Assembly: GCA_965248925.1 (NCBI GenBank)
Contig: CBDFLE010000005.1
Location: 160,001 to 224,000 of the forward strand
Direction of reading: 5' to 3'
DNA length: 64,000 nt
Origin: Candidatus Multivoradales bacterium
GTDB lineage: Bacteria; Acidobacteriota; Thermoanaerobaculia; Multivoradales; J023
Part shown: positions 17,892-26,595 of the stretch, piece by piece
Layout of the letters: every line of letters starts with the position of its first letter
How positions within the stretch are numbered: position 1 is the first letter of the stretch
Made by a program: the position numbers and the translations under genes
The notes under the pieces: generated by a model
What the model was told of the DNA's origin: nothing
The model's database searches: none
Seen by the model: the letters and a program-made list of their open reading frames with translations, nothing else

Positions 17892-20165
17892 ATGGAATCT
17901 AAGACTCGTATTTTGGGATCGGCGCCAGCGCTGCCGTGGGCGATTGCGTTTCTTGTCGGCGTGGTGCTGGTACCTGCTCTGGGAGACGCGCCGCTCGGCC
18001 TGGCGATGGCTTTAATTGGCCTGGGAGTGGCCTCGGGCCGCACCTTGGGCCGTGGACTGGCGGTACTGGCCTTGGGCTTGGTACTCGGTAGTTTGGACGC
18101 GAGCGAGCAACGCCTCGGTTGGCGGGGCTTTGTGCCAGCTCGGCCAGTGGAGCTGTTGGTGCGAACGGTCAGCCATGTCCAATTGGGCAAGGAAGGGGAG
18201 CGGCGTCTGTGGGTGGAGATCGAGCGTTGGCGGCAGGGTCGCCGAGCTGGTGGGGGAGGGCGTTCAGCTCATTTGACCCTGCCGGCCGCGGTGCAGCCGC
18301 CTTCGCGCGGTGCGTTGCTCAGGGTCCGAGGCTATCTACGTCAGTCACGGGGCTTTTGGAATGGAGTAACGACCGCCGCCTCGAGCTGGCGGATGTGGGT
18401 CGCAAGCCCGCGGCTCTACGCTCTGGAGCAGCCCCCATCCTGGCGGGCGCGGCCAGCTGCCGCTCTCCGTCGCTGGGCGGATAGCGCCTGGCAGGATGCG
18501 GCGGGCCCCGGAGTGGAACTGGCTCGGACCCTATTGCTGGGAGATCGGTCTGCTCTGGATGAGGACTGGCAGCGGGCTTTGCGGCGCGCCGGGTTGCAGC
18601 ATTTGCTGGCGGTTTCTGGTTTACATGTCGGCATAGTGGCCTGGATGCTGCTGAGCGTCGCCGGGCGCTGGTGGCGGCTGCCGCGATATCTACTGGCGGC
18701 TTTGGGTGTGGTTGCCTATCTGGCCTTGGTCGGGCCGCGGCCCTCGGTGTTGCGGGCGGTGTTGATGGGGTTGTGGGCTCTACTGGCTAGGGTAGCAATG
18801 CGGCCACCGGCGGCGCGTAACTCGTTGGCGTTGGCAGCGGCGGTGTTGGTGGCGGTGCAGCCGACGCTGATCAACGATCTGGGCTTTCGCCTCAGTTTCC
18901 TGGCAACTCTTGGCATTCTGTTTCTTGGGCCGCGCCTGGCGAAGCGCTGGGTTTTACTTCCTGGCCCGCTGGCCGAGGGACTGGCTGCCAGCACTGCCGC
19001 TCAGTTAACTACTTGGTGGTTGACCGTTCCCTTGGCTGGTGGCATTGCCGGTGCCGCCTGGTTGCTCAATCTGCTGGCCGTGCCCTGGCTGGCGGTGTTC
19101 CTGGGGCTGGCGGTGGTTTGGCTGCTGCTTGCCGCCTGCGGGTTACCTGGGGCCGAGACGCTGGCGGCTGGGCTCGACATGCTCAGTGTTCCCCTAGATT
19201 GGTTGGCGGCGCTACCGGCGGCCTCCTCGCTGCGTTGGAACCTGCCGCCGGTACCCTGGTTGGGAGCCTTCCTCGGGCTGTTCCTGGCCGTGTTTCTTCT
19301 TTCGCCAGCAATGCTCCGGCGTGGCTTGGGGCTAGGCGCTCTGCTGTTGTTGACTGTACCGCCAGTGCAGCGGCCGATAGTGCCGACGGTGACAATGCTC
19401 GATGTTGGCCAGGGGGATGCCCTGCTGCTGCGCGATGGCCAGCGGGTAATACTGGTGGATGGGGGAGGGTGGCGGCGGGGTGATATCGCCGCTCGAGTCT
19501 TGTTGCCGGCGTTGGCGGCGGCTGGAGTAAGCCGCCTCGATGCGGTGGTTCTCACCCACCCCGATAGTGACCACTGCCACGGTCTCAGAGATCTGATCCA
19601 CTATTTGGTGGTCAAAGAGGTGTGGATGTCGCCCGGCTGGCTGCGTTCGCCTTGTGCCGCGGGTTTGGCCAGCGTGGGGAGGAGCCGCTGGCGCCCCTTA
19701 TGGCGCGGTGACCGGCTGCGAGTCGGGCGTTGGCGGCTGCGGGTGCTGCATCCACCGCCGGGCCAGCGAGGTGGCAAAGCCAACGATCGTTCGCTGGTGC
19801 TGCTGGCCGAGGTCCATGGTCGGCGTCTGCTGCTGACCGGGGATATCGAAGCCGCTACCGAGGCGCGCTTGCTACGGCAGTCGCGAGAGGAGCTCCGGGC
19901 GGATTTGCTGAAGGTGGCGCATCATGGTAGCAAGAGCTCGACCTCGGCCTCCTTTCTCAAAGCTGTATCGCCCCGCTTGGCGCTGATTTCGGCAGGTCGT
20001 GGCAACCGCTTCGGACACCCATCGTCGACCGTGCTGAAGCGACTTGCCGGGCGCGGCATACGGCACTGGTCTACTTCCTCGTCGGGGGCGCTGACGGTGC
20101 ATTTTCGGGCCGACGGCAGTCTACGCTTAGGACAGCCCGGCGTCGGCGGGAAGGAGCCTCGATGA
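17892..20165 (+). CDS. comEC: DNA internalization competence protein ComEC/Rec2
   Basis: HLLAVSGLHVG, PSVLRA, GFRLSFLA; metallo-beta-lactamase motifs DVGQGD, THPDSDH, LTGD, KVAHHGS. Confidence 0.95.
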   Translation: MESKTRILGSAPALPWAIAFLVGVVLVPALGDAPLGLAMALIGLGVASGRTLGRGLAVLALGLVLGSLDASEQRLGWRGFVPARPVELLVRTVSHVQLGKEGERRLWVEIERWRQGRRAGGGGRSAHLTLPAAVQPPSRGALLRVRGYLRQSRGFWNGVTTAASSWRMWVASPRLYALEQPPSWRARPAAALRRWADSAWQDAAGPGVELARTLLLGDRSALDEDWQRALRRAGLQHLLAVSGLHVGIVAWMLLSVAGRWWRLPRYLLAALGVVAYLALVGPRPSVLRAVLMGLWALLARVAMRPPAARNSLALAAAVLVAVQPTLINDLGFRLSFLATLGILFLGPRLAKRWVLLPGPLAEGLAASTAAQLTTWWLTVPLAGGIAGAAWLLNLLAVPWLAVFLGLAVVWLLLAACGLPGAETLAAGLDMLSVPLDWLAALPAASSLRWNLPPVPWLGAFLGLFLAVFLLSPAMLRRGLGLGALLLLTVPPVQRPIVPTVTMLDVGQGDALLLRDGQRVILVDGGGWRRGDIAARVLLPALAAAGVSRLDAVVLTHPDSDHCHGLRDLIHYLVVKEVWMSPGWLRSPCAAGLASVGRSRWRPLWRGDRLRVGRWRLRVLHPPPGQRGGKANDRSLVLLAEVHGRRLLLTGDIEAATEARLLRQSREELRADLLKVAHHGSKSSTSASFLKAVSPRLALISAGRGNRFGHPSSTVLKRLAGRGIRHWSTSSSGALTVHFRADGSLRLGQPGVGGKEPR

Positions 20166-20204
20166 TCGGCGGTCGGCCAGACCGTGGTCGGCTAGAATCG
20201 GCGG

Positions 20205-21164
20205 ATGGAAGAGCTTTGTGTGGGAAGGTTGGGTGATTGCGAAGCTCTGGTGGTGGTCGGCCCGACGGCTAGCGGCAAGAGCCGGCTGGCGGTGGAACTC
20301 TGCCAGCTGGTGGATGGCGAGATCATCAACGCGGATGCTCTGCAGGTCTACCGGGGCCTCGATATCGGCACTGCCAAGCCGCCAGCTGAGATGCAGGCGG
20401 TAGTGCCTCATCACTTGATCGATATCCTAGAACCAACCGAGGTCTATTCAGCGGGTGAGTTTGCCCGCCGCGCCCATCTGGCGATTGCCGATATCCATCG
20501 CCGTGGCCGGTTACCGGTGGTGGTCGGCGGCAGTGGCTTCTATGTCCGCGCTCTACTGCAGGGACTGAGCCCTATTCCACCCATCGATCCGCGCTGTCGC
20601 CTGGAGCTTTTCGAAGTCCTCTCCCGCGACGGTTTGGGGGTTCTGTGGAAAGAGCTGCAGGAGGTCGATCCTGAGACCGCCGGACGCTTGCATCAGGGAG
20701 ATCGGCAACGCATCTTGCGAGCCCTGGAAGTGGCACGATCTAGCGGTCGTCCGCTGTCGGATTGGATTCGTGGCAAACCGACCCAACGGCCTCTGCGAGC
20801 GGTGACAATCGGATTGACGCTGCCGAGGACCATCCTGTACGATCGCATCTCCGGACGCATACGGGAAATGGTCGCGCAAGGCTGGGTTGACGAGGTCTCC
20901 GGGCTGCTCGCCAGAGGGATTGAACCGGCCGCGGCGGCGTTTCAAGCGATCGGATACAGACAGATGGTCCGCCATGTAGCTGGCGAGTGGAGTTTGGAAC
21001 AAACCATTGCCGATATCTCCACAGCTACTCGGCGTTATGCCAAGAGACAGCTTACGTGGTTTAGAAAAGAGGCCGGCATCCGTTGGCTGCCAGCTTCGAT
21101 ACAGGTGGATCTATCCTTGTTGCACCAGCTCAGGAGTGGTGGAGGAAGAAGGCTGAATGAGTAG
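20205..21164 (+). CDS. miaA: tRNA dimethylallyltransferase
   Basis: GPTASGKS, DALQVYRGLDIGTAKP, GGSGFY, TRRYAKRQLTWF. Confidence 0.97.
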   Translation: MEELCVGRLGDCEALVVVGPTASGKSRLAVELCQLVDGEIINADALQVYRGLDIGTAKPPAEMQAVVPHHLIDILEPTEVYSAGEFARRAHLAIADIHRRGRLPVVVGGSGFYVRALLQGLSPIPPIDPRCRLELFEVLSRDGLGVLWKELQEVDPETAGRLHQGDRQRILRALEVARSSGRPLSDWIRGKPTQRPLRAVTIGLTLPRTILYDRISGRIREMVAQGWVDEVSGLLARGIEPAAAAFQAIGYRQMVRHVAGEWSLEQTIADISTATRRYAKRQLTWFRKEAGIRWLPASIQVDLSLLHQLRSGGGRRLNE

Positions 21165-21369
21165 ACACAACATCAACATCCAGGATGGATTTCTTTTCCA
21201 GAGCCTTAAAGAAGCGCGGCAGATGTCGTTCGAGCTTGTCACCGGCAAGCAGATCGATGGTCGGCTCAAGCGTTTCGATCGGTTCGCGGTCGTGGTCGAT
21301 ACCGGCGAGGCTGAGATCCTGCTCTACAAGCACGCGATTGCAACCATCATGGAGGCCAGCCGCGGCTGA
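21157..21369 (+). CDS. hfq: RNA chaperone Hfq (divergent)
   Basis: QDxFL, FDRF, YKHAI Sm motifs; canonical position directly after miaA. Confidence 0.9.
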   Translation: MSRHNINIQDGFLFQSLKEARQMSFELVTGKQIDGRLKRFDRFAVVVDTGEAEILLYKHAIATIMEASRG

Positions 21370-21451
21370 TATTCGCCCGCGGGCCAAGACTGGACTCAGA
21401 CAACCAGAGGGTGCCGAGAGCAGTGACTCGGTACCGTGCCCACTCGGCGCC

Positions 21452-22870
21452 GTGGTTAACAGAACGGCATTTCTTAGAAAGGCTTGGCGATGGCGATTGT
21501 TGCCGCGCCAGGTTGTTCTGTGTTTGCCGGTTTTTGGGCTGCTGACGCTGAGTGCTTGCAGCTCAGCGCCAACGGTGCCAGGCCCAGCAACGACACCCGA
21601 TCTGGAGGAACCGAGGGGCGGCGAGTGGATCTCGCCCCTCGATGGCTATCCCTGGACCTTGCCCGCGGGGATTGAGCAACGCTTGAGCGAGGCCTTTGGT
21701 GTCTTGCGGACGATGGACGATCCGGCCCCTGCGGCGGCTGTCGCCGAGACCCTGTTGGCCGCTGATCCCAGTTTGCACCCGGCAGCCGTGCTATTGGCGC
21801 AGATCGAGCTCAATAACGGTTCCGCCGCGGCTGCTCGACAGCGGCTGGAGCCAATTGCGACTGAGCTGCCCACCTATCGTGCTTGCCAGCTCTTGCTAGC
21901 TGTTGCTGCTGAACAGCTCGGCGACATAGCAACGGCGTATCTTTCCCTGCGGCGGATCGCCGCTGGCGATGCCGAGATCGCTGGTCGAGCCGAGACTCTC
22001 AAAGTGGCTGCCGTGCAGCAGGTTGGGGAGCGTCTGAGTGAGGATCTGGGGCGCGGTCACTTGGAAGAGGCGGAAGCCAGGTTGAGCCTTCTCGAAAGCT
22101 GGGAGCCGACGGCAGATATCACTGTTGCAGCCGCTTGGCGGGTGGCCGCAGCTGCCAGCGACAGCCAGCGTGAGTTGCTCGCCGCGCGTGAACTCTGGTT
22201 TCTTCAGACCTCGGCTGGCGTCCGGGCTTTTGCCCCGTGGATATCGACTCCTGAATTGCTCGCTCGGTTGGCTGATCTCGAGGTTGAAGTAGGTGACCTG
22301 CGAACCGGCATGAACCACCTCTCGGCCTTGGTTGCGGAGGCGCCTGAGGATAGCGGTCTGCGGGATCGGGCTGAGCATGCCAAATTTCTCTGGCGCTTGC
22401 GTTCGTTGCCGCAAGCGGTGCAGGCATTGGCGGGTAGTAGCGAACTCAGCCGGGCCGATTTCGCTACCTTGGTCTATTGGCTAGTGCCCCGGGTCCGCTA
22501 TGCCGTCCTCAACCAGCCGCCGATTGCCTCGGACATTCTCGACCACCCGCGTCGGGATGAGATCGTCAGAGTGTTGAATCTTGATCTATTACGGATCGAC
22601 GAAACGCTGCACCGCTTCAGCCCGCAGCGCCGCTTGACCCGCTCGGCGGCGTTGAACGCCCTGATAGTGCTGCTCAGCCATGGCGGTAGCGAAGCTGCCT
22701 GTCTGGCGGACGCCGGATCAGGTTGGCGCTCCGCCTATGCCATCTGCGAGATCGCGGCCCGCTGTCGGTTGATCGCCGAAGCGGCCGCCTGCTTGCCCCA
22801 AGCCGGAGTCGCGGGGGCCGAGCTGATGGATCTGCTGCGCCGGGCCCTCGATCTCGAGGCTAGCCGATGA
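21452..22870 (+). CDS. Lipoprotein with TPR-like helices and a C-terminal SLH-like region (start approximate)
   Basis: Lipobox LSAC; Ala/Leu-rich helical repeats; LSRADFA and DHP..I..F.P..LTR resemble S-layer homology motifs. Confidence 0.6.
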   Translation: MVNRTAFLRKAWRWRLLPRQVVLCLPVFGLLTLSACSSAPTVPGPATTPDLEEPRGGEWISPLDGYPWTLPAGIEQRLSEAFGVLRTMDDPAPAAAVAETLLAADPSLHPAAVLLAQIELNNGSAAAARQRLEPIATELPTYRACQLLLAVAAEQLGDIATAYLSLRRIAAGDAEIAGRAETLKVAAVQQVGERLSEDLGRGHLEEAEARLSLLESWEPTADITVAAAWRVAAAASDSQRELLAARELWFLQTSAGVRAFAPWISTPELLARLADLEVEVGDLRTGMNHLSALVAEAPEDSGLRDRAEHAKFLWRLRSLPQAVQALAGSSELSRADFATLVYWLVPRVRYAVLNQPPIASDILDHPRRDEIVRVLNLDLLRIDETLHRFSPQRRLTRSAALNALIVLLSHGGSEAACLADAGSGWRSAYAICEIAARCRLIAEAAACLPQAGVAGAELMDLLRRALDLEASR

Positions 22871-22883
22871 GTCGGGTGCCGGC

Positions 22884-23510
22884 ATGAGTCTCACGGTGCC
22901 GAATCTGCTGTCTGTGTTACGGTTGGCGCTGATTCCGGTGTTTATTATCTCGCTCATCGATGGCCATGCGGGCACTGCGCTGGCGGTGTTTGGGGTGGCC
23001 GGCATCACTGATTTGTTGGACGGCTTCATCGCCAGGGTTTACAATCAGCAATCGACCTTGGGCGCCTATCTCGATCCGATGGCCGACAAGCTGCTGCTGA
23101 CCGCCGCCTACATCTTGTTGGCTCTCGAGCCGACTACCGGGGCGGCGGTGATGACCATTCCCTGGCAGGTTTCGGTCCTTGTGATCACCCGCGATGTGGT
23201 GATTGTACTGATGGCTTTGGTGCTCTATCTGGCGTTGGGAATTTCGAAGTTTCCGCCGAGCAGGGTTTCGAAATGGAATACGGCGTTTCAGATCATCGCT
23301 GTTTACATGGTGCTCTTGACACGCATTTGGGCGATGCTGGAAGGGATCGCCTTGGGGACCATCGCGGTGATGGTGGCGCTGACTTTCTTCTCTGGTCTCG
23401 AGTACGCCTATCGCTTTATCTACAAGGCAAATGAGCTCGATGCCAAGGGCGAGGGTAAAGCCGGCGGCGGCCCGGCGACGGAGACCGGGGCGGGAGAGGA
23501 TGGTCGATGA
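22884..23510 (+). CDS. CDP-alcohol phosphatidyltransferase (PgsA family)
   Basis: PNLLS..R, TDLLDGFIAR, GAYLDPMADK signature. Confidence 0.93.
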   Translation: MSLTVPNLLSVLRLALIPVFIISLIDGHAGTALAVFGVAGITDLLDGFIARVYNQQSTLGAYLDPMADKLLLTAAYILLALEPTTGAAVMTIPWQVSVLVITRDVVIVLMALVLYLALGISKFPPSRVSKWNTAFQIIAVYMVLLTRIWAMLEGIALGTIAVMVALTFFSGLEYAYRFIYKANELDAKGEGKAGGGPATETGAGEDGR

Positions 23511-24202
23511 GTCCCTCCGGGTTGGGGGTAGGCGGCAGACGCTGGCCGCGATGGACATTCCTGCCCGTGTTGCTGGTGCTGGCGATCGGCGTCTTGGAGC
23601 CGAGTTCCCAAGAGCGCGATGACCGCAGCCGGGAGTTGTTCTTTTATCGCTGTGTCAACGACCTTGGCCGGCGCGAAATAACCTTTTTTGCCAATGGTAC
23701 GATCCGCTTGCGTGAGGGGCTTTATGAGAGTGAAGTCATGTACTTGGCTGAGCTTGGCCGCGACGAGCTAGCCGCTGCCGTTGTCCGCTTGCGGCCCGCG
23801 GAGAGCAGGCGACTGCCGACGGTGGAGTTTCGTTCAGGGCCAGTCGCTGGGCGTTTTGTCGAGAGCTGTGAATTGCGCCTTGAGCTTCCGCAGGAGCCTC
23901 CCGAAAACTACAGCTTCACCCGTTGGGATGTGCCGCCACTGCGGGTTGCGAGGTTGATTCAACAGGCTGAAGAGTTGGCCGCGTTGACCCGACCGCCGCT
24001 GCCCCCTGACCGCCTGCCAGCGGACTATGAGCCGCGTCGCGGCGATGTCTTGCTCAATGCTCAGCACGAGCGTTACGAAGTTCGGGGATTGACCTCCGAC
24101 GGCAAGGCGGTCGAGTTGGTGGGGCTCGACTCGCCGTTGCGCATCTACATTGAGCTTGAGGATCTGGGCAAGAATTTCGTCAGCCTCGAGGAGGATCGTT
24201 GA
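23507..24202 (+). CDS. Hypothetical exported or membrane-anchored protein
   Basis: ATGA overlap with the upstream gene; N-terminal hydrophobic segment; abuts rsmD. Confidence 0.65.
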   Translation: MSPSGLGVGGRRWPRWTFLPVLLVLAIGVLEPSSQERDDRSRELFFYRCVNDLGRREITFFANGTIRLREGLYESEVMYLAELGRDELAAAVVRLRPAESRRLPTVEFRSGPVAGRFVESCELRLELPQEPPENYSFTRWDVPPLRVARLIQQAEELAALTRPPLPPDRLPADYEPRRGDVLLNAQHERYEVRGLTSDGKAVELVGLDSPLRIYIELEDLGKNFVSLEEDR

Positions 24203-24766
24203 GTGGCTGGGGGAGTGCGCATTCTGGGTGGTGAGCTGCGCGGTCGGCGGTTGAGTGTGCCGTCGGGGGTGCGGCCTAGCGAAGGGCGTTTACGCGAGGC
24301 GCTGTTCTCGATTTGGGGCTCCTCATTGCCCGACTGCCGGTGGCTCGACCTTTTCGCCGGTAGCGGCGCGGTGGGGCTCGAAGCGGTGAGCAGGGGAGCT
24401 CGGTGGGCGTCCTTGGTCGAGGGCTCGGCGAAGGTGGCGGGCGAGTTGGTGGAGCGTTGCCGGCGGCTAGCGCCGGACCGGACCGAAGTCGTGTACCGCC
24501 GGTTGCCGAAGGGGCTAAAACGCCCTTTGGCTGACCCTTTCGATCTCGCCTTTGCCGATCCGCCTTACGATTTTTCGGCCTACGACGAGCTGCTGGCTGG
24601 TCTCGACGGTTGGCTGGCAGCTGCTGGTGAGATCGCCGTGGAGCACTCGCGACGGCAACAGCCGATCGCCCAGCACCGCGCCTGGCAGCTATATGACAAA
24701 CGAACCTATGGCGACAGCGAACTCAGCTTCTTTCGCCGTGTAACGAGTGCCGAGGTTATTTGCTGA
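24203..24766 (+). CDS. rsmD: 16S rRNA (guanine(966)-N2)-methyltransferase
   Basis: RILGGELRGR, RP..RLREALF, LDLFAGSG..GLEA.SRGA, DPPY. Confidence 0.92.
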   Translation: MAGGVRILGGELRGRRLSVPSGVRPSEGRLREALFSIWGSSLPDCRWLDLFAGSGAVGLEAVSRGARWASLVEGSAKVAGELVERCRRLAPDRTEVVYRRLPKGLKRPLADPFDLAFADPPYDFSAYDELLAGLDGWLAAAGEIAVEHSRRQQPIAQHRAWQLYDKRTYGDSELSFFRRVTSAEVIC

Positions 24767-26418
24767 TGGCTCTGTTGCGAGTAGAAAAAGGCGAAGGGGC
24801 GCCGTTCGAGATCGCCCTGAAGAACCATGCATTGAGCATCGGCCGTGGTGTTTCTAACGACCTCTCCTTCAGCAATCCCTGGTTGTCGCGTCTGCACGCC
24901 CGAGTAACGCCACGCGCGGGACGTTTCTTTGTGCAAGACCTGGGTAGCCGCAACGGCACTTTTGTCAACGGCCAAGAACTCCAGGGCGAGTACGAGTTGC
25001 GCCATGGCGATACCATCGAGCTGGGTGAGGTGGTGTTGAGTCTAGAAGTAGATACAGCGTTCCTGCAGGTTGCCCCGACTGCTCAGCCGCTGAGCGGCCA
25101 GGGCACGGTAGTTCTGCGTTCAGAAGAACTGTCTTTGGATCGGTTTCGCGAGGCCCAGCCGGCTAGCGGGCGGGTGGACAGCCTGTGGCCGGCCCTCAAC
25201 GCCGCGGCTGCGGCCCTTCTGCACCATTACCCGCTAGATGAGCTGGTGGAGGTGGCCCTCGATCGGGTCCTGGCGGCCGTTGCAGCCGACCGAGCAGCGC
25301 TGCTGCTGCGCAGCGGCGCCGAGCAAGAACCGCAAGTACGCGCGGTGCGCGGATTTGCGGCTGGTGAAGAGCTACGCCTCAGCCGGACCATCATCGACGC
25401 CGTCCTCGAACGGCACGAAGCGGTGCTGACGATCGATGCACAGAGCGACGAGCGTTTCGATCAGGCGCAGAGCATCCTGCTTCAGGGCATTCGCTCGATC
25501 ATCTGCGTGCCGCTGTGGAATGACGGCCGAGTCGATGGGCTGATCTATCTTGACCACCGCTTCGCTGGGCGAAATTTTGGTGAGCATGAGCTGCGCTTGG
25601 TCGGGCTGATCGCGAATATGTTGGCGATCAAGGTGCAAAACGCCATGCTGTGGCAGGCGCAAATTGAGAAGCAGCGCTTCGAGGAGCAGCTAGCCGTGGC
25701 GGCTGAGATCCAACGCAAGCTACTGCCCGACGCGGACCCAGAGGTGGCGGGCTACGATATCGGCGGGGCGAGCAGCTCCTGTTACGAGATCGGCGGTGAT
25801 TACTTCGACTTCTGTGCCCACGACGATGGCCGTTGGTCGGTAGTCATCGCCGATATTTCCGGTAAGGGGGTCGGCGCGGCGTTGTTGATGGCTTCGTTGC
25901 AGGCCTCGCTTCGCACCTTGACTCATCACATCGACGATCCAGCAGAACTGGTCCACGCCCTCAATCGTGCGCTTGTGGAGAGCTCGCCGTCCAACAAATT
26001 CGCCACCCTGTTCTACGCTGAACTCGATCCGCGCCAGAACCTGCTGCGATACGTCAACGGGGGCCACAATCCAGCTTTCTGGGCCCATGGCCAAGAGGTC
26101 ACAGCGCTTGGCTCAACCGGCCCGATTGTCGGTATCGTACCGCTGGCTCGCTTCGAATGCCGGCAGATCGAACTCGCTCCGGGCGACCGGGTGCTGCTTT
26201 ACACCGATGGCATCAGCGAACTCAATAACCCTGCGGGTGAGGAGCTGGGCGAAGCTCCCTTGGCAGAACTGATGGCCGTCGATCCGCGGGAAGACTCGCG
26301 AGCCTTGATGGCTCGGGTGCGTCGCACCATGGACGACTTTCGCGCCGGCGGCAAAGTGGGTGACGACCAGACCTTGGTGGTGATTCGCCGCCTCCCTTTA
26401 GCAGCCGAGTCGTGTTAG
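24766..26418 (+). CDS. FHA-GAF-SpoIIE (PP2C) protein phosphatase
   Basis: FHA (IGR, SRLHA, DLGSRNGT), GAF (SIICVPL), PP2C (IGGDYFD, DISGKG, YTDG, DDQT). Confidence 0.92.
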   Translation: MALLRVEKGEGAPFEIALKNHALSIGRGVSNDLSFSNPWLSRLHARVTPRAGRFFVQDLGSRNGTFVNGQELQGEYELRHGDTIELGEVVLSLEVDTAFLQVAPTAQPLSGQGTVVLRSEELSLDRFREAQPASGRVDSLWPALNAAAAALLHHYPLDELVEVALDRVLAAVAADRAALLLRSGAEQEPQVRAVRGFAAGEELRLSRTIIDAVLERHEAVLTIDAQSDERFDQAQSILLQGIRSIICVPLWNDGRVDGLIYLDHRFAGRNFGEHELRLVGLIANMLAIKVQNAMLWQAQIEKQRFEEQLAVAAEIQRKLLPDADPEVAGYDIGGASSSCYEIGGDYFDFCAHDDGRWSVVIADISGKGVGAALLMASLQASLRTLTHHIDDPAELVHALNRALVESSPSNKFATLFYAELDPRQNLLRYVNGGHNPAFWAHGQEVTALGSTGPIVGIVPLARFECRQIELAPGDRVLLYTDGISELNNPAGEELGEAPLAELMAVDPREDSRALMARVRRTMDDFRAGGKVGDDQTLVVIRRLPLAAESC

Positions 26419-26595
26419 GATGGCGCTACAGCATGATCCTCGCCAGCTAGTCGGGGAGGGAGGGCAGCGGGGCCAGTGATCAGGCAGCAGCGAGGTGATT
26501 TCGTCGCCGCGGATCTCACTGGAAGCAACTCAACTGGAAGTAGCTCAGCGGGAAGCAATCACTCGTTTGAGCCGAAGACCCAAGGAGGCGCGCCG

